A stretch of DNA of 55,755 bases. Origin: Chiloscyllium plagiosum. Lineage: Eukaryota. The translations under genes were made by a program, and so were the position numbers. Position 1 is the first letter of the stretch; each line of letters begins with the position of its first letter. A model generated the notes under the pieces. The model saw only the letters and a list, made by a program, of their open reading frames with translations. It was not told the DNA's origin and did no database searches. Below, piece by piece: positions 35,043 through 46,943 of the stretch. Location of the stretch: contig NC_057718.1 of the NCBI RefSeq assembly GCF_004010195.1, forward strand, positions 1,199,332 to 1,255,086. The letters are read 5' to 3'.

Positions 35043-37174
35043 AGCTCTTGCTGTCTGCCTTAATATTACTTGCAAGTTTACCCTCAAATTCTTTTTCAGT
35101 CATTTTTTGGTAGCTTTTAAAACTCTCTTAATCCTCTTGCTTATTATTAATCTTTACATATTTAATGTGTTTTTTTTTAAAAAAATCATCCTTATACAAT
35201 TCTTAATTTCCCTGGTTAACCATGGTTGGCTTATACCCTTTCTAAAATCCTTCTTCCTCATTGGAATATGTCTTTTTTGAACGCTATGAACTATTTTCTT
35301 AAACATCTACCATAATGTCTCAACTGACTTTGCTGCTTGACTTCTTTCCCAGTCCACTTTAGCCAGCTGTGCCACCATTCCTTTGTAATTACCTTTATTT
35401 AAGATGCACAACTTCCTTCCTCTCAAACTGAATGCTAAATTGCACTATGCCATGGTCAGAGTTTTAGAGGAGATCTTTTTCATTAATATTTATTAAACCT
35501 GCCTCATTACACATCACACCACAGACAAAATAGTCTGATCTCACAGTGGATCCACAATACATTGTTCTCGGACATGGTCCTGAACATTCCTGAACACACT
35601 GGATGAATTCTTCCTAATGGCTTCCTCTGCCAATCTGACTGTCTCAATCTACAAAGACATGAAGATTAAAATCACACATGATTAATGAACTGCATTTCTC
35701 ACACACTCTCATTATCTCCTGATGTATTCTCTGTCCCACCATATAGCTACTGTTTAGGGGCCTATAGATTACTCATACCAGTGTCTTCTTTCCTATTTTA
35801 TTTCTTAACCTCTAACCATATGGATTTTATGTCTTTCAAGATCATTTCTTGCTATAATTTTTAACCTATTCAGTACCAACAATGCTACCTCACTATTTTT
35901 TATTTCCTGTCTGTACCTGAATATTTACTTCTCATCTTTGGTCTACTTGTAAACATGTCTCTGTTATGGCTATAAGATTATATTACTTAGTCCATATTTA
36001 TGCTGATTATTCAATAATTTTGTTCCAAATACTCTGTGCATTCAACAGCCATTAATTTTGCCTTTTTGACCACTTTTTCCCCTTTATATTCTGTTTACTA
36101 CTGTTTTTCTACATTATACACTGTCACTTCTTGTTCCACTCCAGGTGTCATTGTCCAAATAGCTGCCCTGTAATGCTGCCTTATCCTCTTGCTTTGAAAG
36201 CCCATGTTTCCCTCAACTAAACCCACCCATAAGTTCTACATTTACTCCTTTATCTATCTCATTTTCTCAATGAATTGGAGTAAAGATTCTGGTTAATCCA
36301 AGATGGAGGACAGGAAATAATTGTATCTGTAAGAGCTGTTCCTTTTTTGAGGTATTTTCAGTGTTGGAGCTGATTTCCTCAAATTCTAAGAGCAGTAATT
36401 ACTGTTTTATAAAAGCCATTGCATTGTTTTAGAACTTTAGGGGAAAATGATCAAAGTAACAGCAATTTAAAAAGCAGAAAGAGTGACAAAGCAGGGAGCA
36501 CATGGCAGCTGAAACAAATGGAGCAGTAAACCTGCACAGCTGTCTGACTAGGCAGTGGACCTTCACTGCTGACTGACTCTGCTGTTTAGTTTCAAGTATC
36601 TTTAGTATCTTCAAGTATATTTCTTCCTTGCTCCTTTCGCCTCTTAATTATTTTGCTTATTTTTGAATGCTATTGGTGTCCTGTACTGTGGAGACTGATA
36701 CAAAGAGCACATTCAAAAGTTTGAATGGCTTCAATTTCTGCTCATATTTCACACAGCCACATACGCCCTTCAGGGATCTTTGGATATTCATTCCAAGGTC
36801 TCTGCCTCTCGACCGGTGTCAATATCAACAATTTATAGAGGACTCCATTGTCTTGCTAACCTTCTCTAAATACATTACTTTTGTCCGTTAGGTCCATTGA
36901 TATCTTCCTGAAATCTTCAGATCTTTTCCTCATTATCAACCACATGGTCAATTTCTGAATTGTCTGCAAACTTATTAGTTATTTCTCCTATGTTGGACCA
37001 CATACCATTAATAGAAACCACAAAAAGCAGGAGACCCAATATATGCCTTACAGAACCCAATGGATACTGCCCTCCAGTCACAAAATCACTCATCAACCAA
37101 AATTCCTTCTTGCTTGACTAGTACATGGAACAATATTGTGGCAGCTGTTCCAGAAACTTGGTTAAGAGAAGGCC

Positions 37175-37750
37175 TGGGGAGACTGGGCGCCTCCTAGCAG
37201 AGCGCTTTAGGGAACATCTCCGAGACACCCGCACCAATCAACCAAACCGCCCCGTGGCTCAAAATTTCAACTCCCCCTCCCACTCTGCTGAGGACATGGA
37301 GGTGCTGGGCCTCCTCCACCCCCGCTCCCTCACCACCAGACGCCTGGAGGAAGAACGCCTCAATTCCGCCTCGGAACACTTCAACCCCAGGGCACCAATG
37401 TGGATTTTAACAGTTTCCTCATTTCCCCTTCCCCACCTCACCCTAGTTCCAAACTTCCAGCTCAGCACTGCCCCCATGACTTGTCCGGACTTGTCCTACC
37501 TGCCTATCTCCTTTTCCACCTATCCACTCCACCCTCTCCTCCCTGACTTATCACCTTCATCTCCTTCCCCACTGACCTATTGTACTCTATGCTACTCTCT
37601 CCCCACCCCCACCCTCCTCTAGCTTATCTCTCCACGCTTCAGGCTCTCTGCCTTTATTCCTGATGAAGGGCTTTTGCCCGAAACGTCGATTTTGCCTGTC
37701 CTCGGATGCTGCCTGAATTGCTGTGCTCTTCCAGCACCACTGATCCAGAA
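37175..37750 (+). mobile_element. Penelope-like element, GIY-YIG fragment plus terminal repeat
   Basis: GETGRLLAERFREHLRDTRTNQPNRPVAQNFNSPSHS (G-T-R..R..EH motif). Confidence 0.87.
37656..37691 (+). ncRNA. Minimal hammerhead ribozyme motif
   Basis: ATTC-CTGATGA-A-GGGC(TTTT)GCCC-GAAA-CGTC-GATT. Confidence 0.65.
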
Positions 37751-37759
37751 TAAGAGAAG

Positions 37760-39850
37760 GACTGGACTGGCAGCTCAATGTTCAACAGTTTAAATGTTTC
37801 AGGTTGGATAGACAGGGATGGAATGGGGGGGGAGGGAGTTAAGGTGAGAATCAAGAGTAGACTTCTTGCAGGGTTCATCCAGCAAGACAATATTGGTAGA
37901 AGTTAGGAATAAGAAAGGTGCTATCACGATTATGGAATTATATTCTTGGCTTCCCATTAGGCAGCAGGAGATAGAGGAACAGAAATATAGACAGGACATA
38001 GAAAATGTAAAAACAACAGTGTTGTTGTAGTGGCTTATTTTAATTCCTCCAATATTCACTGAGACTCCCTTAATACCAGGGATGTAGATGGGGTAGAATT
38101 TGTTAGACGCATCCAGGAAAAATTCCTGAAACAACATATGGATAGTCCAACAGGGAAGGAGCCATATTAGCCATATTGGGCTAGGTGATCAAAGTTTCAG
38201 AGGGATAGCATTTTGGGAATAGTGGTCATAATTCCATTAGGTCTCGGATAGTTATGGAAAAAGAGAAGATTGCTTCTTGGGTGAAAGTGCTAATATGGGG
38301 GCGGGTTAATTATGACATTATGAGGCAGTAACTGGAAAAATTGGATTGGGGCCAGCTGTTTGAAGATAAATCCACATCTGACATGTCAGAATCCTTTAAA
38401 AGCCAGTTGACCAGAGTTCAGGACTTACATGTTCCTCTGAGGATGAAAGATAAAGATGGCAAGATTTGAGAATCTTGGGTGCTGAGAGATCTAAGTTTAG
38501 TTAAAAAGAAAATGGAAGCATATGTAAGGTTTAGGAAACTGAAATCAAACCAGGTACTTGAGTATAAAGGAAGCAGAAAAGAATGTAAAAAACGAAATTA
38601 GGGGGGTAGAAGGAACCATGAAATATCTTTGGCAAATTGGATTAAGGAGAATCCCAAGGCATTTCATATGTATGTTAGGAGTAAAAGGGTAATTAGGGAA
38701 GGACAAAGGAGGGAATTTATGTGTGGAGCCAGAGGAGGTGGATGAGGTTCTCAATGAGTCCTTTGCATCGGTGTTCACCAAGGAGAAGGACATGGGTGAT
38801 GATGAATTTAGATAAGGGCTTGTTGACATTAAGGAGTAAGTGTTGAGTGTGTTGAAAAATATTAAGATAGATAAATCCCCAGGGCCTGATTGGATCTATC
38901 CCAAAATAATGAAGGAGGCAAGGGAGGAGATTTGTGGGGCCTTGACAGAGATCTTTGTGTCCTCTTTAACCACAGGTGAGTTCCCAAAAGACTGGGGCGT
39001 AGCCAATATTGTTCCTTTGTTCTTGAAGAGCAATAAAGATAATCCAGGAAATTATAGGCCAGTGAGCCTCACATCATTGCGAGGGAAATTATTGGAGATG
39101 ATTTTTAGGGACAAGATTGACTTGCATTTGTGGGCGGCACGGTGGCACAGTGGTTAGCACTGCTGCCTCGCAGCGCCAGAGACCCGGGTTCAATTCCCGC
39201 CTCAGGCGACTGACTGTGTGGAGTTTGCACGTTCTCCCCGTGTCTGCATGGGTTTCCTCCGGGTGCTCCGGTTTCCTCCCACACTCCAAAGATGTGCAAG
39301 TCAGGTGAATTGGCCATGCTAAATTGCCCGTAGTGTTAGGTAAAGGGGTAAATGTAGGGGTATGGGTGGGTTACGCTTCGGCGGGTCGGTGTGGACTTGT
39401 TGGGCCGAAGGGCCTGTTTCCACACTGTAAGTAATCTAATCTAATCTAATCTAATCTAAAAATAGACTTATTAGGAATAGTCAGCATGAATTTATGCAGA
39501 GGAGTTTAAAAATGTGGTGCTGGAAAAAACACAACAGGCCAGGCAGCATCCGAGGAGCAGGAGAATTGACGTTTCGGGCATAAGCCCTTAAACGTTGATT
39601 TTCCTGCTCTTCGGATGCTGCCTGGCCTGCTTGTGTTTTTCCAGCACCACATTTTTCAACTCCGGTACTCCAGCATCTGCAGTCCTCACCTTCTCCTTTA
39701 TGCAGAGGAGGCCTTATCTCACAATAATATCAAGGTTTTTGAGGAAGTGATGAAATTGATTAATGAGGGTTAGGCAGTAGATGGTGTTTACATTACCTTA
39801 CTGAAGTATTTGACAAAGTCCCTCATGATAGGCTGGTCCAGAAAGTCAAT
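37760..39850 (+). mobile_element. Decayed CR1 ORF2 hosting an HE1 SINE and a Penelope hairpin (about 39505-39698)
   Basis: KSPGPDWIYPKI and NYRPVSLTS; the coding sequence resumes after each insert. Confidence 0.82.
39132..39457 (+). mobile_element. HE1-type SINE, full length, young-looking
   Basis: A box TGGCACAGTGG, B box GGTTCAATTCC, CpGs retained, (AATCT)n tail. Confidence 0.9.
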
Positions 39851-39854
39851 TTTT

Positions 39855-42800
39855 TAAGATTATTCATTTGTGGGATGTTGGCATCATCAGCTAGCCAGCA
39901 TTTACTGCCCATCTCTAGTTGCCCCTTGAGAAGGTGGTGGTGAGCTGCCTTCTTGAATCACTGCAGTCCACCTGCTGTGGAATGACACACAATGCCCTGA
40001 AGGAGGGAATTCTAGGACCTTCATCAGTGACAGTGAAGGAATAATGATAGATTTCCAAGTCAGGATGGTGAGTGGCTTGGAGGGGAACTTGAAGGTAGTG
40101 TTCACATGTATCTGCTGCCCTCGTCCTTCGAGATGGAAGTGGTTGTGGGTTTGGAAGGTGTTATTTGAGGAAGTTTGGTGAATTTCTGAAGTGCATCTTG
40201 TTGATAGTACACAGTGCTACTACTGAGCATTGGTGGTAGACACCGTGGATGTTTGTGGATGTCACGGCAATCAAGTGGCTGCTTTGTCTTGGATGGTGTC
40301 AAGCTCCTTGAGCGTTGTTGGAGTTGCATTCATTCAAGCAAGTGGAGAGTATTCCATCACACTTTTGCTTTATAGATAATGCATGAGTTTTGGGGAATCA
40401 GGAGCACAGTGGCTTAGTGGTTAGCATTGCTGCCTCACAGCATCCAGGACCCGGGTTTGATCCCAGCCTCAGGTGGCTGTCTATGTGGAGTTTGCACATT
40501 CTTCCCGTGTCTACGTAGGTTTCCTCTGGGTGCTCCGGCTTCATCCCACAATCCAAAGATGTGCAGGTAGGTGAATTGGCTGTGCTAAATTGCCCATAGT
40601 GTTCAGGGATATGTAGGTTAGGTGCATTAGTCAGGGGAAATGTAGAGTAATTGAGTTGGGTGAATGGGACTGGGTGGGGTACTCTTCAGAGGGTCGGTAT
40701 GGACTTTGAGGGCTGAAGGGCCTGTTTCTATACTGTAGGGATTCTATGATACTCACCACAGTATTCCTAGTCTCTGACCTATTCTTGTAGTCACTGTGTT
40801 TATGTGACGAGTCCAGTTGAGTTTCTCATCAATGGTAGCTCCCAAGATGTTGATACTGGGAGACTCAGTGATGGGAACATCATCGAATATCAAGTGACAG
40901 TGGTTAGATTGTCTCTAAATGATGATGGGCATTACCTAGCATTTGTGTGGCGTGAATGTTCCTTGCCACTTGTCAGCCCAAACCTGGACATTGTCCAGAT
41001 CTTGTTCCATTTGAACATGTACTGCTTCAGTTTCTGAGGAGTCACAAATGATACTGAACATTGCACATCCATTGGTGAACATCTCCAATTCTGACCTTAT
41101 GATGGAGGAAAATCATTGATGAAGCAACTGAAGATAGTTGGGCTGAGGTCACTACCCTGAGGAATTCCTGCAGAAATGTCCTGGAGCTAAGGTGACTGAC
41201 TTCCATCAACCAGGATCATCTTCCTATGTGCCAGACATGACTCCAACTGATAGAGAGTTTATTCCTGAGGCCCAGTGATCCCAGTTTTGCAAGGGCTCCT
41301 TGATACCACAATCAATCAAATTCAGCCTTGATGTCAAGGATTGTCACTCTCACCTCCCTTCGAGAATTCAGCTCTTTTGTCCATGTTTGACCCAAGGCTG
41401 TAATGAGGTCAGGAGCTGAGTGTCCCTGGTGGAACCCAAGCTGGGCGTCACTGAGCAGGCTATTGCTGAACAGGTGCTGATAGCACTATTGATTGACACC
41501 TTCCATCACTTTACTGATGGTTGAGAGTAGACTGATGGGGCGGTATTTAGTTGTGTTGGATTTGTCCTGCTTTTTATGTACAGGATATACCTGGACAATT
41601 TTCCACATTGTCGGGTAGATGCCAGTGTTGGAATAGCTTGGCTAAGGAGTGGCAAGTTCTGGAGCACATATCTACAGTACTATTGCTGGAATATTCTCAG
41701 AGCCCATTGCCTTTGCAGTATCCATTGTCTCCAACCATCTCTTGATGTCATGGGGAGTGAATTGAATTGGTTGAAGACTGGTATCTGTGATGTTGGGTAC
41801 CATGGGAGGAGGCCAGGATGGATCATCCATTTGGCAGTTCTGGCTGAAGATTGCTGTGAAATCTTCAGCCTTATCTTTTGCACTGATGTGCTGGGCTCCT
41901 CCTCCAGTGATTTGTTTAGTTGTCGAGCACATTCATGACTAGATGTGGCAGGACTGCAGAACATAGATCTGATCCCGTTGGTTGTAGGATCACTTACCTC
42001 TGTCCATCACTTGCTGCTTAAGCTGTTTGGCATGCAAGTAGTCCTATTTGGTAGCTTTAACAGGTTAACACCTCATTTTCAAGTATGGCTGGTGCTGCTC
42101 CTGGGATGTGTTCTTCATACTCTATTGAACCAGGGTTGATCCCCTGGCTTGAGTGGGGGATATACCGGGCCATGAGGTTGCAGATTGTGCTCAAGTACAA
42201 TTCTGCTGCTGTTGATGACCCACAGCGCCTCATGGATGCCAGGTGTCCCTCAAAGATTATGACTCTGAGAGTTGGGGCTATTAGCCTAGAACAATCACGA
42301 TACCCTACCTGACAGATATAAACAGAAATATCAGAGGTTCTGTTCACTCTGAGAGCTGGCTGTGATGAAGCTGGACCAGTATCAAGAACTGTGCTTGTGT
42401 CAATAAAGGGTGACTTGGTGATAGGATACTAGCCTCTATGAAATTATTTCAGTGGTGACAAGAGAAAAAATACATTCCTGAAGAAATTCACTTGCAACAG
42501 TCATCTTTGAGTTGTGGTAAGCATTTCTGGCATCATGTTATTATTTGAAAAGCTTGACTTGTTTGAACCTGCTGTCGAAGACTTGGCCCAGTCTGTGGAA
42601 AGATGAGTTATTTTTTCCGGGCAAATGACATTGGGGAAGATGAAAAGCAATGAGTAATTCCCCTGACAGCATGTGTGCCTGCTGCTTTTTATGGTTATTA
42701 GGAGCTAAACTTTTTCCTGAGGCACTGGATACTAAAACCTTTCAAGAGTTGATGGATTTAGCTAAGGAATATTACAACCCTAAACCTCCTCTAATTCTGA

Positions 42801-45450
42801 AACAAAATTGATTTTATTTGGCAGATTGAGAACCAGGGAAATCAGTGTCTGGATTTTTGATAAGGTTCTGTCGATTGGCAGAGGCATGTGACTTTGGTTT
42901 GATCTGAATGAGATGCTGAGAGACTGTTCAGTTTGTGGGATGAATACTATAACCTTACAAAAGTGCCTATTGCTGAAGACCAACTGGAATTCAGACAGAC
43001 ACTACAACTGGCTTTGTCATTGGAAAAGGCAGCAAGTGGAATTACAGGGTACACTGATGGAAGGGGACACCCTCCTTGATTGACCTTGGGGGACATCACT
43101 TGAACAAAGGCAATTGCCCAGCCTCACTCTGGACATATCCTAAACAGAGGGACTCCATGTCAGCCAATAGCAAAACACCAAAGCAAAGCCAAGTCTCAGC
43201 CAAATGGTTAACCTTTTCTTCAGGATCCTGCCCCTCACAGCATTATAGGTGCAGTGCTACGTGGACTCGAGACAGTAAAGGAGTCTGACCAGACCTGGAC
43301 TGAGTCAGGGAACTCATAGGCTGGTATCCAGGAGACTGGAAAGCCCACCTACAGCTGGTTTGGAGCAGTTAAATTGCTCAGCAACATCCAATCAAGATAA
43401 ACATCTGGTTAAATGGTCACCGGGTTCTAATGGAGCTTGATGCTGGTGTGGCTGTATCAGTGATCACAGAATCAGTCTTTAACAAAATTCACTCTGCACT
43501 CCAACCTTTCAGTGTGCGTAAGACTTTGGTTAGACTGAGAACATACATCAGGGAACGTTTTTTTAGATTAAGAGTACAACTTTGGTTCTGATCATGTATA
43601 AGAAGCAGCTGGTTCAGTTCCCATTGATTGTAGTAAAGGACAGTTCCAAACCATCCATAATCCAGTGGTCTGGTAGAAACAGCAGACCAAACTTTGAAGG
43701 CAGACTTAAAGAGACAGTCTACAGCTTCACTCGATATGAAACTGATCTGGTCTCCGTTTGATTATTTGATTAGCCCTTATGCAACTACAGGATAGCTCCA
43801 TCAAAAATTCTAATGAGGAGAAATCTAATCTTCTTGGACTTGAGGGAGGTGGGGGGGGGGGAGGGGACAGTAAGTGAACGGACATTAGGAATGCCAATAC
43901 TGGACTCAAGACTCTTCTAAGCAAGAGACATGTTCAATGTGAGTTCAGGCTCTGTGAAGTATAAAGTTCGAGTAGATTATGCGCTCTGAACAAGCATGTG
44001 AACCACACGAAAGGTGCAAGCTCGCAAATGGGGCAGGAACAAAACATATCCGGTCCTTCAGAACAGCTGGAAAGGCTGTTAGAACCTGTAAGGTACACCT
44101 CTCTGCCTAGCGCGAAGAAACTTTAGAGTCTGAGATGGACACAGTCGGTGTCGCAGCCTCAAGGCCTTTACCACCTGAAGAAGAGGTTGAATTTCTTCCA
44201 AGGCAATCCTGGTGCAACAGGGGTGGCACGGTCTGGTACATGCCACCTGTATCAAGGCTGGGGCAGAGGAACTGGACCCAGTGTGAAAACACCGCAGGAG
44301 AGGTTACAAGAAAAAGAACAGGCCCATGTCCCTGGACTTATAGAGGAGGGACGTAGTGATTATAATGAGATTAGCCAGCCGGACCTCATAGAATAGGAGT
44401 TCCTTGATTGAACCTGGTTCAATAATGGAGCCCCACCCCAGATATAAACAGAAGTGTTATGGGTTTTGTTCACAGGCTCTGACAAAGCTGGACAAGTGTC
44501 AAATGCCTTGCATGTGTAAAGGGTGACTTGGTGACAGAATACCAGCCTTTGTGGAGTTATTTCAAGGCCAAGTATATTTTTCCTTCTTGTGGTTCCCTCA
44601 CCATCTGTTGCAGACCCAGTAAAGCAGCTATGTACTTGAGGACCCGGCCAGCTTGATCTGTAGTGCTGCTGCTGAGCCACTCTTGGTAACGGACATTGAA
44701 ATTCCCCACGGAATGTACATTTTGTGCTCATGCCATCCTTAGTGCTTCCTCCAAGTATTGTTCAACAGGAGGTTACCTTGCCATGTTTAACCTGAAGCCA
44801 TGAGACTTCTTGGGGTCTGGAGTCAATGTTGAACACTCCAGGACAACTCCCTCCTACTGTATGCCATAGTGTCACTACCTCTGCTGGATCTGTCTGGACA
44901 GGACGTATCCTGGAATGGTGATAGTGGTGGCTGCAACATTGTTTGTAAGATATGCTTCCATGAGTATGACAGTGTCGGGCTGTTGTTTGACTAGTCCCTC
45001 CCAATTTTGGCATTAGCTCCCAGATGTTAATAAGGAGGACTTTGCAAGGTGGACAATGCTGTTTCGGCCTTTGTTTTTTCCAGTGCCTTGGTTGATGCCA
45101 GGTGGTCCATTTGGTTTTATTTCTTTCTTGAGACTTTGAAGCGATTCATATAGTTGAATGGTTTGCCACACTATTTCAGAAGACAATTATAACTCAATCA
45201 CATTGTTGTGGGTCTGGAGTCATATGTAAGCCAGACAAGGTGAGGATGATAGATTTCCTTCTCCGAAGGACATCAGTGAATGAAAAGAGTTTTTCTGACA
45301 ATCAACAAATAATTTCATGGTCATCAGTAGATTTTTAATTCCAGATTTTTTAAACTGAATTTAAATTCCACCATCTGCCATTCAAACCCAGGTCCCCAGA
45401 ACATTATCTGAATTTCTGGATTGATAGTCTAGTGATAACAATATTAGGCC
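39855..45450 (-). mobile_element. Long decayed copy of the second LINE family, interrupted by an HE1 SINE (about 40404-40750, +) and a Gypsy element
   Basis: Reverse-complement similarity to 5830-7455 (3' end at about 39860; TAKAMGSENIPAIVL at about 41700). Confidence 0.78.
42244..44564 (+). mobile_element. Ty3/Gypsy LTR retrotransposon remnant, internally deleted
   Basis: Two diverged ~210-bp LTRs sharing cagatataaacagaa, aaagggtgacttggtga and a ttatttCA end (42451 and 44564); PBS-like gTGGTGACAAG at 42452; purine tract at about 44342; gag-like start at about 42535; protease-like LNGHRVLMELDAGVAVSVI at about 43410; integrase-like SSGLVETADQTLK at about 43661. Confidence 0.78.
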
Positions 45451-45469
45451 CCTTTATTGCAGGGAATTT

Positions 45470-46830
45470 ATGGTGAGTTGGCAAGTTGGATACCAAATTG
45501 GCTTGGTCATGGAAGATACTTGCGGAGGGGTGTTTTTCTGACTGGAAGTTTGTGATCAATGGTGTTCTGCAAGGATCAGTGCTGCGACCTCTGTTGTTAA
45601 AACACTAATTTGACCTCAGCTGGAGATTGCACCCAGATCTGTGCACCATACTTTAAGAAGATTGTGATCACATTGGAGAAGTGCAGAAGAGACCATGATA
45701 GCATTTGCACGGATATGGAATTTCAATGATGAGCAATCCGAAAAGCTGAAAATGTTTTCGCTAGAGAGAGGCGATTTGAAAGAAGTTTTCAAAATCCTGA
45801 TGGGCCCGAACAGTGTAGATTGGGAGAAACCATTACCATTCATAAAAGGATTGAGAATCAGAGGACACAGATTTAAAATAACTAGTGAATAAAACAAAAA
45901 TGATAACAGGAAATGTTTTTATCACGCAGCCAGTGTTTCAATTCTGGAATGCTTTGAGGTTGTGATGGAGATAGGTTCTTTCAGGTGCAGGTTCATAGTT
46001 CCTTGAAAGTGGAGTCACAGGTGGACAGGATAATGAAGAAGGTGTTTGGTACACTTGCCTTTAATGATCAATGCATTGAGTACAGGAGTTGGGAGGTCAT
46101 GTTGCCACTGTACAGGACATTGGTTAGGCCACTTTTGGAATATTGTGTTTAATTCTGGTCTTCCTGATATAGGAAAGATGTTATGAAACTTGAGAAGGAT
46201 TTACAAGGATGTTGCAGGGTTGGAGGGGACGTTTAAGCTATGGGGAGAGGCTAAGTAGGACTGGGTCTATTTTCCCTGGATTATTGGAAGCTTTTATAGA
46301 AGTTTATAAAATTATGAGGGGCATGGATAGGATGAATAGTCAAGGTCCTTTCCCCAGGGTAGGAGAATCCAGAACAGGTTTAAGGTGAGAGGTGAAAGAT
46401 TTAGAAGGGACCTAAGGGTCATTTTTTTCATGCAGATGGGGGTGGTACGTATATGGAATGAGCTGTCAGACGAGGTGGTGGAGGCTGGTACAATTACATT
46501 TAAAAGGCATATGGATGGATATTGAATAGGAAAGGTTTCGAGGGATGAGGGCCAAGTGCTGGCAAATGGGACTAGATTAATTTAGGATATCTGATCAACA
46601 TGCAAGAGTTGGCCTGAAGGTCTGTTTCCGTGCTGTACATCTCTATGACTATAAATCTATGACTCAATGTAGGTATTCAAGAGGGAATTAGATGGCTATT
46701 TGAAAAGGAATTATGTGCAGGGTTAACAGGAGAAAGCAGTCTAATGGAACAAAGTGAGCTGTTCATTTGGAGAGTTGTTGCAGACATGATGGCACATGGG
46801 GCCTCCTTCTACACTGTTCCAGTTTTGTGA
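45470..46830 (+). mobile_element. Nested CR1 3' fragments
   Basis: QGSVL, RGDLKEVFKI and RPLLEYCV-like remnants; tail at about 46640-46665. Confidence 0.78.
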
Positions 46831-46943
46831 ATCCATGAGGCCAGCACTGAATATGATATTTTGACAAACTCTGAGTTCAAGTCAAGGTATATCAAAAATG
46901 TGTGCATGGAAGTAACAATTCATCTTCCATTTGTTCTTCACAG

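Noticed and set aside
39132..39205. tRNA genes at SINE heads
   Set aside because: A and B boxes are present, but each is followed by the SINE body and tail in multiple copies; these are SINE heads, not tRNA genes.
46902..46943. N-terminal extension MHGSNNSSSICSSQ of the 287-aa ORF
   Set aside because: It is intron read-through across the pyrimidine tract and CAG acceptor; the real N-terminus is exon 2.
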